DNA of 64,000 nt, from assembly GCF_018977255.1 (NCBI RefSeq), contig NW_024704742.1, forward strand, positions 34,536,001-34,600,000. The letters run 5' to 3'. The translations under genes and the position numbers were made by a program. This stretch comes from Callorhinchus milii. Taxonomy: Eukaryota. Position 1 is the first letter of the stretch. Every line of letters starts with the position of its first letter. Positions 25,323 through 37,900 of this stretch are shown here, piece after piece. A model generated the notes under the pieces. It searched no databases. It worked only from the letters and a program-made list of their open reading frames with translations, and had not been told where the DNA came from.

Positions 25323-26429
25323 TACTGATCCACTGATGTTATCAGAGAGTAAAAACCTCTACCTGCTTTCCCATGCAGAACGGACAGTGAAATCAAATGC
25401 CAATTTATCTGACCTGACATGTATTTGTGTGTCCCAAGAATGACAGTTTGCTAACATTCAAAACAAATCTTTGGTGTCCAAATGAAGCAAATTCAGAAGT
25501 TCTAAAATCCACTCATGATTGACCTCACTGGCAAAAAGAAATGATCATCAGAGTCCTCTGCTCTTTCTGCTATCTTGTAATGTAGGCAACCACCGTGCTT
25601 GCTCAATATTGTTTAAAATCCCACTCTATCTTACAAAGAAAAGTTCTGCAATAAATATTCATGGTTATCCAAAGGTTATTAAGCACCCATCCCCAAATAT
25701 TCATCCAAGCTCACATTTCGACTGTTTAATTGTAGACTCCTGCCCACAAACAGTCAATGTTCCACTCTACCCATGACTATAGAGATAAAGCAATAGTGTC
25801 CAACAGAATATTTACTCCTAATGTAACCAGTTATCTGAATTCTTGAAACTGGTCCAGACACTGAAGACTAGCAGATTCAGTGGAAACGTTCAGCATTGTA
25901 TTTATCAGTGATAGGCTACCAGGCAGTGTTAAACTACTTAACCCTCTTTCTTATGTACTAAGTTTGCTGCTGATGACCTTATGCCTGGTTAACATGAAAC
26001 TAAACATTGGAAAATACTGAGTTTATAGCATTCTGATTAGGGCATTATAATAATAATAATAATATAATAATCCTTGCATTCAATATCGTGCTTTTCACGT
26101 CTTCTAGACGTCCCAAAGCGCTTCACAGAACATACTGTAAAGTGAATTGACTGTATATTTGTGGGCGAACGCGGCATCCAATTGCGCACAGGTCTTATGT
26201 GATGGGGGTACGGAATTTAGTGCAGATGAGAATACGGGTGACGGTTTATTGTGTTCCATTTAGAAAGAATTTCCAGTAGAGTTTTGCATAAATAAAGTGG
26301 AGACATTCATATGATATCTTTGAACATCTTTGAATCACACCCACATACAAATATATTCTTAAATTGAAACCTTATCAGTTTATTCTGACACAAAACAGAA
26401 AGCACATTCTTTCTGTCATCATCACTTGT

Positions 26430-26770
26430 AATAATTATAGCAATATTTATCTTAGCACTTCATCACTTAAAACATCTCAAAAGTAATTGCTGTCAAGTGA
26501 AGTGACTATTTTTGTAGTTAAATGTGGCAGCCGGTTTGCACATAGTAAGATCCCACAGAGAGTAATGCGTAAATGGCAAGGACAGGACAACTCCATCTCT
26601 TTTCAAATAGTGTCTTGGAATCTTTAATGTCCACCAGCAAAATCTTAGTTTTAATTTCTCTTCCAAAGAACAGTACTTCCAAACAACAATGAAGCTTCCC
26701 CTCACCCCCAAAGGCTAATCTAGACAATGAGCTCAAGTCCTGACATGAATTCATAACTTTCCGACCCAAT
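26430..26770 (-). mobile_element. Old DeuSINE; a younger SINE tail lies at 26046-26190
   Basis: Decayed reverse-complement Deu domain and tail. Confidence 0.75.
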
Positions 26771-29700
26771 GTGATATTTCTATGAAGTTACCCAAATTTT
26801 CACTTGAGTAGTAGGTCCATAAGAAATACAGGACTTTTATTTCACACACATTGTATCTGACACATGCAGAAAACCATCACCCTGTTTAAGAGTCTCCAAA
26901 CCAAACTATGTATACGGTATATGGTATGGATTTTATACTCTTTATTTGGCTCCCCTTCCCACCACCCCTTCCCTCACCCTCTCTCCACACGTAATCCTAC
27001 AGAATTAAGTGTAACAATGCAAGAATCAAGGCTTGGGGATCCCAGAGTCTGCGTTCAGGTACTTCTGGGATTTAACAAGATAACATTGATTTAGTCATTG
27101 CAGAGCATTGGTAAACATCCTGCTGTTTGTCCAGCTAAAATATTCCAACCCATTAGAGCTTTCATATTTATTTGCTAACAAGAATCAGTTGGGAAGAATT
27201 CCTGCCCCTACTGACTGAACAGAACCTCCAGGTCCTGCCAGTGTTGCAGGGAGGTTGATCCTTATTCAACTAGGATGCAGACCCTTGACTGTCCAGCGCC
27301 TTGGGACGTTCTCCCAATGTGAAAGGTGCTATGTAAATGACTACTAGTCTGTCGCAAAGGAACATTTGCAATATTCCATTGTCAGGCATGTCACCTTTGA
27401 GCCCCAAAGAGACCCCATTTACCTCCCCCACTATGAGGAGGATAGTCACCAGCTGGTCATTAGACATCTGACAAATGTGGGTTTAATCCCTCATGAGCTG
27501 GATAACGGGTGTTAGGAACTCCTCACGAGTCGCATGGTAAGCAGCACACCTTTATTTTTATCTTTGCCTGCCCATAGCTTGGACGCACAAATAGCAGAGG
27601 TTCCTCCAGTCGAAGGCATGTTGCTTCAGCAGCAGCTGGTTACCTCTCTGCATACCAATCGAGGTAGGCACCAAGCCCTGGATATCTGAGCATGTGATCT
27701 TGAAAGCAAGTATTGCTTCTGTATTATCTTTACTGTCTGCTGTGGGCTTGAATTTAAAGCTGCTGTGCACCATAATTAATAGTTTGCAGTTTTAAAATAC
27801 ATAATTGAAGATCTGTTCATAGGAGTAGGTTGTCGAATGGGTTAGTGCATGTTCTTCATCCGAATCTGGCTGTCCTGTCAGCAGCTGAACTGACTCCAAG
27901 TTGACATGCTTAGCAACAGTCCTCTGTGTTAGTCCGGTTCATGAATCAGGTGTGTCTGTAGTATTCCAGGGCACACACCAACCTGGCTCATCAGCAGGAC
28001 TTCGAAGGGGATTCATGTCTGGGATCTCGTCAGTCTGTGTCTGTCCATCACAAATACATAATACATACACACCTTTCAATGATGTGATGTGAAGACAAAG
28101 TCATTTCTTCTCCATTTCTCATTATGGAATGGAAGCTCATGGGAGAAGATAAGTAAAGGAGAAGGAACTGTGTCTTACACTAGATTGACCCTGAGGCTTT
28201 TGTTTGAATCCAGTTCAGATTGGTGGATTGACTTGAAAGGGTTACAGACACATTTGGGACAAATGGTGCCAAATCCTTCTTTGGACCCATCCTTTAGAAG
28301 TGTGTATGGATGTTAGCTGCTGCTAATTCTACTGTAAAACATGAAGAGCGCACATTTTAATTTCTCTGTCTACATCTTCTGCATTATGCAACCCCTGGAG
28401 GCATTTAATGAATAAATGGCAACTGGGGCAAGTAACAGTTGAGTTCATATTGTCAGCACAATTGTGTGCATTTGGTTGACAGGACAATGACATTTGGCTG
28501 GTGCAGTAACTGGAGTCTGGCTTTCACTAGTTCAGTGAGATTGTCATTCCAGCCACTTTAATATACTTGTATTTAATGAATAAAAAACTTGAGTTGCTCA
28601 GTTTGCCCCTCTTCATTGTAGGGTGGAGAATGATTAGATAACAGAATTAAGTTTGCATCCAGGACAAAACTAGTCCTTTGCCCAATTTTAAATCTACCCC
28701 GTCCCACGCTGTTCATTTATTTGAAAGTTGGTGGTGGGTGAACATATGCTTTCTTTGGCTTGTACCTTGTTGCCGTGTTTTCACTTATGCTTCCCACTGA
28801 TAGAGATGGCCTTTAACAAGTCTCAGCCATCAGAAAATCCTTCGAGCTGTTTGGGGTAGAATAAGCTGAAATGTGTTTGCCACTACTCCTCCAGTCACTG
28901 CAGAGACAGAGCCCAGCTGTTATCATAATGTGTTTTCTTGGTGCTTTTTCTAGGATCACCAATTAGTCATAATTTATAAATTAAAAGTTTTTAAAAAACA
29001 TTACTTGGGTGCTTTGTGCAATAATTTCCCTATAACATACTAAATGTATCATACAGATGCAAAGCTGGAGCTTTAAATCACCTTCAAATCACTTCACTAT
29101 CTCTGAGGTCATGAACTGGAGATGCACTATACGGAGGGGAGACGCAAAGGGAAGCATGTTGACCCCCAGTCTTCGTGGTGTTCAGGGACACGCACAAGAA
29201 TGCGCAGTTTACTTGCTCCTTCTTTAGTGCCTATAAGGTAGGAAATTTGTTTTGGTCAGCTGAGTGTCTACAAAAGGAAACCCATCACCATGCTTAAGAG
29301 TATCCCAACCCAACCGAGAATTCCATGCATTCCACCTACACATGGAAATTCCAGAGATATTTATTGGAATGGAATGCGCACTGTCTCCGGGAGAGTCATC
29401 CTGCTTCCCTAACTTCAGAAAATATTAGACACATGTTGGAAAGAGCCAAGCCTTGGGGACCCCAAAGTGTGCATTGGGGTACCTCTGGAGACTAACCAGC
29501 TAAAACTGCATGAGCTTGTCATTGAGAGCATCGTCCGGTCAGCTTTCCTGTTGGCCTGCTCAACCCATTGGGACTTTGGCTTGCAGGGTTAACAAGAGCT
29601 GTGTGGGAAGAATTCCTAACCCCCCCAGTGAATGGTCTGCCCTTCCAAGTCCTGCCGATGAGCCAAGCTGGCTGGGCTGTCATCAGTAGTGCCCTGGAGT

Positions 29701-30344
29701 ATTGCAAGCTCGACTCGCTCAGGGACTGGTCTAACAAGACGACCACAGAGGGCTGGCTTGATTCTGACATTTTGTTGCCAAACATGTCACTTTGGATGAG
29801 CCTGTTCAGGTAGTCAGTTCAGATGGCAGGTACCAGGAACTCCCTGTGAGCTTCCTGGCGAGCAACATAGCTCAGCATTAAATGTGTGAGAGCATTGCCA
29901 CCATCTTCCTGTTCGCAGCTCGGATACACATTCCCTTGCCATTGAGCGATACTTCTACCAATTGGGGGTGCAGAGCTTGAGCAGCAGTTAGTTACTTCTC
30001 TACAAGCCAATCAAGGTGGATTCCAAGTTCTGCACGATCTCGCACTCCAGGTAACATAAGGTAGAATGGGGCCTCCTCACGCTGACCAAAAAAAATTGAT
30101 GCTGATAGATTTGTACTCGTGCACTTATTTCTGTGCACAGATTTATTTTCAAACTGAACTATGTTTCCATGTTGCTCTTGCTCTAGCTATCTCCTTTTAT
30201 AAATTAGTCCAGTTACATAAATACCCCAGTTGTCTCAACTCTGTTCCGCTGCAGCAAGTCAAACTAACCTCCCTGCCAATGTTCTTGTGGCTTCTGCAAT
30301 GAATTATAGTTAAACTGTATCCTGCAATAATAATATATGTTTTA

Positions 30345-30775
30345 TGATTATCCTTGCATTTGATTAATGCCTTATCCCTTCATCAAGACATCTCAAAGCA
30401 CTTCACAGGATATGCTGTAAAGTGGTCTGACGGGGTATTTTGTGAGTGGACACGGCAACCAAATTGTGCACAGAAAAGATCCACAAACAGCCATGGAGTG
30501 AGTGACCAATTTTTTTGGAGGGGTTGTTGGCCTGGATACCAGGATAAACTTCCTTCTCTTTCAGAATAGTGGCACGGATCTTTAACATACACCTGGACAG
30601 GCAGTTGGGAAAATTGTTTAATTGCTCATCTGAAGGATGGCACCTTCAACAATGCAACACACCCCCAGCACTGCATTGTCAGCCTATAACTACATGGGTT
30701 CCAACTCTTGATGTGTGGCTTGAACCAGTAACCTTCTGGCTCTAAGGCGAGCATACTAGCAACTGAGCCAAGCTT
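30345..30775 (-). mobile_element. Old full-length DeuSINE
   Basis: ctcatctgaaggatggcacc...gcttgaaccagtaaccttctggctc...aactgagcc. Confidence 0.85.
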
Positions 30776-31607
30776 ATTTCCAGAGGTGCCCTAATTATCA
30801 GTTTGGGTTGATATCAGTTTTGGTTTATACAGTTTATAAGGGGGTGTTAATTAAAGAGGCAGAAGTGGAGATCCTTTCAAAATAATTGTGTAAACTGTGA
30901 TATGTATGGGTTAGCTCTTACAGAACAGTGGATTAAATACTTGCGCGCACTTGTCCCCATTGAGGGTGGAGAGAAATGCATTTTTATTCTAGAAATCGGA
31001 ATATGATTTTCAATATCTGTTGCTTTTTTTTTAAAAAAGTTTTGCGTGGCATAGTGAGTGGTTCACATTAGGTGGTGACTTCAGTCCTGAGGGCAAAGCT
31101 GGTTTGTAGTTACCCTGTGCCAGAGTAATACAGTAAATAGCTGGATATTTATATAAATTCACCTTGAACTTTTCATTTTAGTTTGCTATTGAAAACCGCT
31201 TATTCACTGCTTGCATCAGCAGTCAGTTGCTCCATGTAATTGATGGACAGACTGAAATGCAAAGTATTGTGCGATAATCGGCATGTTTATTGAGTAATAT
31301 TAGAGTAAATGACCAGAACACAATAAGGTTAGGAAACAATATGGCTAGCTTACAAAATGGTCCGTGTATGTTACACAGCGTACAATAGATACCTGAGAGG
31401 GAATTCTTAATCCAATCAACGGGGGGTTAGGTGACTTCGCAAACTGCGCTTTGAAGGGGATGTGATCCATTTCTTCTAATGCATGGATGACCGGGACATT
31501 TCATTTAAAGAGAAGAGGATATCAGTACATAAGAGGTGGTAGATTTATTTTCCCTTCTTACCTACTGTGGAAAACAAACATAGGCAACAGATCCCAAGTC
31601 TGAGTTG

Positions 31608-31917
31608 TTAATAATCCTTTCATTTGATATAGCACCTTATCATGTCTTCGATACGCCTTTAAGGACTTCACAGAATATACTGTAAAGTGAATTGACTATA
31701 TTTTGTGGGCGAAACGTGCATAGCAGTGTCCCACAAACAGTCGTGGTTTGAGTGACCAAATAATGTTTTTAAAATGGGATTTTTACCCCCGAAAAGCGAT
31801 CGGACAATCTACTAACAACCAGGTTCTTACTTACTGCTAGGTAAGCAGAAGCGTGTGGAGTAACAAAACTTACGCGACATTTCGCCCCGCCCGGGAATTG
31901 AACCCAGTTCCTCTTGC
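31608..31917 (-). mobile_element. SINE (medium form) broken within its tRNA head; the rest of the head is at 44105-44143 and 46394-46432
   Basis: ...gaacccagttcctcttgc joined to ttgagaggcgagtactcaaaccactaagctacaggactc rebuilds the head seen intact at 57870-57927. Confidence 0.9.
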
Positions 31918-34900
31918 CCCGACTGCTCCATTACATATTTATAATAGATAACCAAATATATAACTACATCTGCATTAAATCCTAGGCATGATTGAAGAAA
32001 TAGGTATTTAGGCGGGATTTAAAGACGGTAGTGCGGGTGCCCCAGAAATTGGCCTTTTTTCCTTCAGAGGAAACCTGTATCATGCAGGAAATGACCTGAA
32101 TTGCGCTCATGTGAAGTTTGCAGGAAGTGGTATCCATGGCAGTCTTATGAGTCAGAAGTCGTTATTTTTTGCAAATGATAAAAAGTGAAAACAAACATGT
32201 AAATGGAAATCCATTTTCCTTGATTTGGAAAAGATTTAAAAATCTACTGAATATAATTTTTTTACGGATTAAAAATTGGAAAACTGGTGAATCTAAGAAT
32301 AGTAGTCCTGTAGTATATTGGCTAGAGCACTTGCCTCACAAGTGAGAGGACCTGGGTTTGATTCCAAGGCAGGGCAAAATGTTAGATAACTTTCCTTACT
32401 CCACACACCTTTGTTTGTCAAGCAGTAAGTAGGAACCCGGTTGTTAGTTGATTGGTGGATAATCTGCCTGTTCAGGTGAACTCTAAAGAATCTATGGCAT
32501 CAGTTGAAAAGAGAAAAGAGTTTCTCGCAGTGTCTTGACCAATCATCCCCCAGAAAAAAATTTGGTCATTCATATCTTTACTGATTGTGAGATATTGCTT
32601 TGTGCAAATTGGCTTCTACGTTCATTTTGCTATACACAGTCATTACTCTTAACAATGAAACTTTGTGCAGTGTTTTGAGGCATTTCAATGTCACAAGGTG
32701 ACATATCAAATACAAGAATTATTACTGAACTGATCCTACTATGTGGCTACCATCTTAAATTGATCAGAATAATTGATCAATGTTCGAATTTGCTTCATTG
32801 GTGGACAGAAATGGACTGAACACGGCAAATAAACATCCTTGAAAGGCTGATCTTGGAGAAGCTCGGAATATATAGAACTCAAAAGGAATCCAGGTCTTTT
32901 TCAATGCAAATCACTGTGTCAGCCAGAAATGTCACCCAACAGGTAAGAAAGCTACCCTTAAAATATGCCTAGAGACAAAATAAATCTCTCCATGGAGTAC
33001 CTGAGACTTAGAGACGCTTTTAGCAGATATTTGCATAGAACAAGAAAAGTTAAAGAGAAATAATAATTATAAATAATCATTTCTTTGATTATTTCAGATT
33101 TTTTTAGAATATTTCATGTCAGAAACATTCAATGTAAATATTTCACAGGAAATATTGGAATTACTGTGTATTTAGAGTCATTCAGAACTCTGAGGCTTCT
33201 GTACTGTCCCGCACCAGGTTTCGTGACCACATCACTCCCACCCTCGCTCGCCTCCACTGGCTTCCCATTCCCCAGAGGATCGAATTCAAGATCCTCATCC
33301 TCACCTACAAGGCCATTCATAGTCTTGCTCCCTCCTACTTCTCCGACCTACTATCCCCCTACCTACCTGCCCGTACCCTCCGTTCCTCTGGCTCTGGTCT
33401 GCTCCACATCCCCCGCCCCAACCGCCCTACCATCGGTGGCCGGGCCTTCAGCCTCTCAGCCCCGAGGCTCTGGAACTCTATCCCCCAGTGCCTTCGCCTT
33501 GCTTCCTCCCTTTCCTCCTTCAAGGCCGGTCTCAAGACCTTTCTCTTTGACCGTGCCTTCAGCTCCCCTCTCGACTCTCTACCCCGTCCTCGCTCTCTCC
33601 CTTCCCTCCCCTCACCCTGACCATTTCCCCCCTGCTCGGGTCCTGACCCAACTGTCCAGCGCCTTGGGACGTCCTCCCAACGTGAAAGGCCCTCTATAAA
33701 TGGAATCTTGTTGTTGTTGTTGTATTTTGTAAGCAAATAATAAAGCACTAATTGTATGGTCTGAGGAAAGGATTGGAAGATAGAAAACATTAAAATCTGG
33801 TTCAATTAGGACATTGGTTTTTGTTTAGAGTGGTTATAAATCCATCAATATTCAGTCAATTCACTTTACAGTGTATTCTGTGAAGAGTTTTGAGGTGTCT
33901 CAATGAAGCGCTATATCAAATGCAAGCATTATTGACATTTGATATAGCGAGAGAACCTGGGTTCGATTCCTGGGCAGGACAAAACTTTGGGCAAGTTTCC
34001 TTACTCCACTCCTATAGGCATTTAGAACTCAAGTTTGGAATCTCCTAATCATCTCACCTTGTGATTTATCTCATCTTCTCATCATCTATTGACTTGCATT
34101 GTGAACCTTGACCTTTCTCTTGCGTTTTATCAGTTTAAGAAGACTTTATAAAATATGCAGGCTTTTCAGTCCTCTGAAACTTATGATTGTTTACTTCACT
34201 CTCATTTATTCCGTAGTCTCACTGTGCACACTCATCTTTTTCGTTCCCTCCCTCGCTCATTCACTCACTCATTCACTACTCTTCATCTCATCAAGTTCTT
34301 TTTTCAGAGCACTCGTATTACTAATCTAACGCTTGATTCATTAACTTAATTCTGTGTCAGTACAGAAATAAAGCTGGGGTGAACCTCTGATGAGTACAGG
34401 GTCATCCATGGCTGTGATGCCCACTGTGGTCAAATAACCTGCCAACACTCACTGTCAGGTTCATATGTGACTGGTGGCACTTAGAGAGGTACCAGATGGT
34501 AATCAGCACCTGTGGAATTGTAAGATACCAGTGGAAGGAACAATAATTCACAGGAAAGAGCATAGAGGAGAAAATTAGAATGAAAAAACATGTTGATCTG
34601 AAATTCAACACACATACAATTTTATCAAGTTTCGGTATAAGCATTTGGAATGAGGAAAGACCTGAATTCAAACCAGTCTATGCTGGAAACTTGTATTTCA
34701 TCAAATGCTCCTATTTATGCGAAGGCACAATATCAGATGCAAGGATTATTGTTACTATTATTTAATGTGTCTTCAGTACTTTTAAATTACTCTAACGGTT
34801 TCTCCTCCAGCCCCTGCACTGTCACGTCTGGCATCCCCCAGGGCTCTGTCCTTGGCCCTCTCCTCTTAATATCACATGCTCCCCCTTGGTGACATCATCC

Positions 34901-37900
34901 GCAGACATGGGGTCAACTTCCATATGTATGTGGATGACACCCAACTCTATCTTTCTGCCTCCACCTCAACTCCAGGACCGCTGCTGTCCTGACAGACTGT
35001 CTGTCGGACAACAAGTCCTGGATGAGGGCAAATTTCCTACAGTTTAATGTGAACAAGACTGAGGCCCTCCTGATTGGCTCGCGACAGTGCCTCAGCACCT
35101 CAGGCTCTGGCAGCATCAACCTCCATGGTTGCACACTACAACTCACCATATGCAGTCAGGAACCTGGGTGTCTTGTTCAACCCTCAACTGTCTTTTCTTC
35201 CCCACATCCAACCCATGACCCCTCTCCTTCCCTCATCTCCGTAGCATCGCTCGAATCCGCCACTATCTCACCCCTCAGGCCACTGAAACTCTTGTTCATG
35301 CCTTCATCACCTCCAGACTCGACTATGCAAACGCCCTGCTTGTTGGCCTTCCCAACTCCTCCCTCCACAGGCTGCAGATAATCCAGAACTCTGCAGCCCG
35401 TGTCCTCTCCCGGACTAAACTCCGTGACCCCATCTCCCCCACTCTCACCCGACTCCACTGGCTCACTATCCTGCAGAGGATCCAGTTCAAGATCCCGGTC
35501 CTCACTTACAAAGCCCTCCATGGCCTCACCCCACCCTACCTCTGCGACCTCCTAACCCCACTACCAACCCCCCCACTCCCTCCGCTAAGCCGGCTCCAGC
35601 CTGCTCTATTAGCCTTCTTCAAGTCCCACCTCAAAAGCCTCCTCTTCGACCATGCCATTAGTCATCCCCCTTCCCCTCCCCTTCCTTCTCCCTCCCTGAC
35701 CCCAGCTCGGGTCTGAAATGCTGTACACTGTCCAGCGTCTTGGGACGTCCTCCCAACATGAAAGGCACTATACAAATGTAACCTTGAACAGTCTTTTTAT
35801 CAGAAGCATGAACAAGAATTCGAATTTCTGAAGTCACTGGTCACTGTAGGGTAATATACAAATAATAATACAGTAATAATCCTTGCATTTGATATATTTG
35901 ACATATTTTATCACATCGTTGAGAAGTTTCAAAGCGCTTCACAGAATATACTGTAAAGTGAATTGACTGTATATTTTGTAGATGAAATTGACTGCTGAAT
36001 TTCACTTGACAGTATATTCTGTGAAGCACTTGGAGACATCTCAATGACATGGTAAGGTGCTATATCAAATGCAAGGTTTATTATAACACCGACCAGAAAT
36101 TCAGCCCCAAATTTCCCATTTGCTAAATTTACAAAGCCTTGTTAGAAACTGTATGATAGATTGTACAGTAATTTGCCTTTAGCAGATATAGGTACAAGAT
36201 CCCTGTTAGACATTATGGAGTTATCCTGCGGCATTCATTTGACATAGAGGAGAAACTTTCTCTTTATGTTGGTTGGCACAGAAGCATTTACACTTCACAT
36301 TTGCTTCACGTGTTTTGTGATCATTTTAGATAGCGATCAGATCATGTCTGCACTGCATTTCTGAGAAGTACCTTTGTGGTTTTAACTTTCCCTGTAATTA
36401 CTTTACAAAGAGTTCTGAAAATCTTGGTTGAGAGTCCCCGTGTCACACATTCTTTGCCCTTCCACTCACTCAGTCTTCCCTCTATGTGTCACTCACTCTT
36501 CCCCCTGTCACCCACTCAGTTCCCCCTCACCCATTCAGTTCCCCCTCACCCACTCAGTTCCCCCTCACCCACTCAGTTCCCCCTCACCCACTCAGTTCCC
36601 CCTCACCCACTCAGTTCCCCCTCACCCACTCAGTTCCCCCTCACCCACTCAGTTCCCCCTCACCCACTCAGTTCCCCGTCACTCACTCATGCATTCCCCT
36701 ACATTCAAACATTCACCCATTCACTCACTGGCTCACTTTCCTACGGTTGCTCACTCCCATGCCCTGGGCTCGGGAAACCAGTGTACATACTCACTCCTTT
36801 TTGTGATGCAATAGAAGGTCAAGGCTGGGTCAGGAAAAAAGGCTGCACATGCACCTTACTCTTACAACTCAGCCAAGTCCTGCTCCTCTGTCCACAGCTC
36901 TCACTCTCTGTCCACAGCTCTCACTCTCTGTCCACAATTTTCATTACATTACGCTGGTGCAGAGCCCGCATGCATCAAGACGTGACCCACCAAACACCAG
37001 AACCTGTCCAGGCAGATCCGCACCAAATCAATATCTTGCACCCAGTAGCTTCCGAGCCACGATGTCCATGACCTGGCCATCAATGAAGCAAAATTCAATA
37101 AGGAAAAATGTATTTGGTTGGCCGACCAAAAAGATTGGCCACCGTTGATCTAGTTATGATCCCAAGTGGAGTCCTGTAACTCAGTGGTAGAGCACTCGCT
37201 TTGCAAGTGAGAGACTGGTTATTCCCGGCAGGGGAAACCTTGGGCAAGTTTCTTACTCCACACGCTATAATAATCCCTCAAAAAAAAAAAATAATAAATT
37301 GGTCATTCAATCCGACTGTTTGTGGGACACTTGTGCGCAATTGGCTGCCGCGTTCGCCCACAAATATACAGTCAATTCACTTTACAGTTTTCTGTGAAGC
37401 CTTTGGACGTCTCAAAGACTAAAGCGCTATATCAAATGCAAGGATTATTATTATTATATATAATAAAGTACCAACATGGAGCTTAAACCCAGAATCGTAT
37501 GACTCAGTAGTGCTGCCAAATGAGCTAAGCTGAATGTTGCGTGTAAGAGTTGTGCAACACTCTCATGAGTAACAGCTACACTACTTAGGTGAGACATCGG
37601 AGAATGAACAGCACCTGTAAAACTATAATCTGCCATGAATCAGCACAGTCGCGAGAGGAAAAAATCAGATTACCTTTTCTTACCTGGCTTTAAAAAAACA
37701 CAAGAGTATTTTTTTTAGTATTATATACAAAACAGATCAAACTGCAATAACAATAATTTGCGCTTGTAGCAGCACCTTTCCAGAGAAAGGTCTCAAAGTG
37801 GGTCAGGGGAACATCTCATAGCACTTCATAAAGACTGATGAGGAAATAGTGTGGGGAGGGAGTGAGTGAGTGGAGAGAGGTAGCTGAAGATAGATCGTTT

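Larger units (their letters stand above)
14656..26852 (+). repeat. Segmental duplication, copy 1
   Basis: Near-identical to 31918-44079; matching ORFs are offset by 17261 to 17227 bp. Confidence 0.97.
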
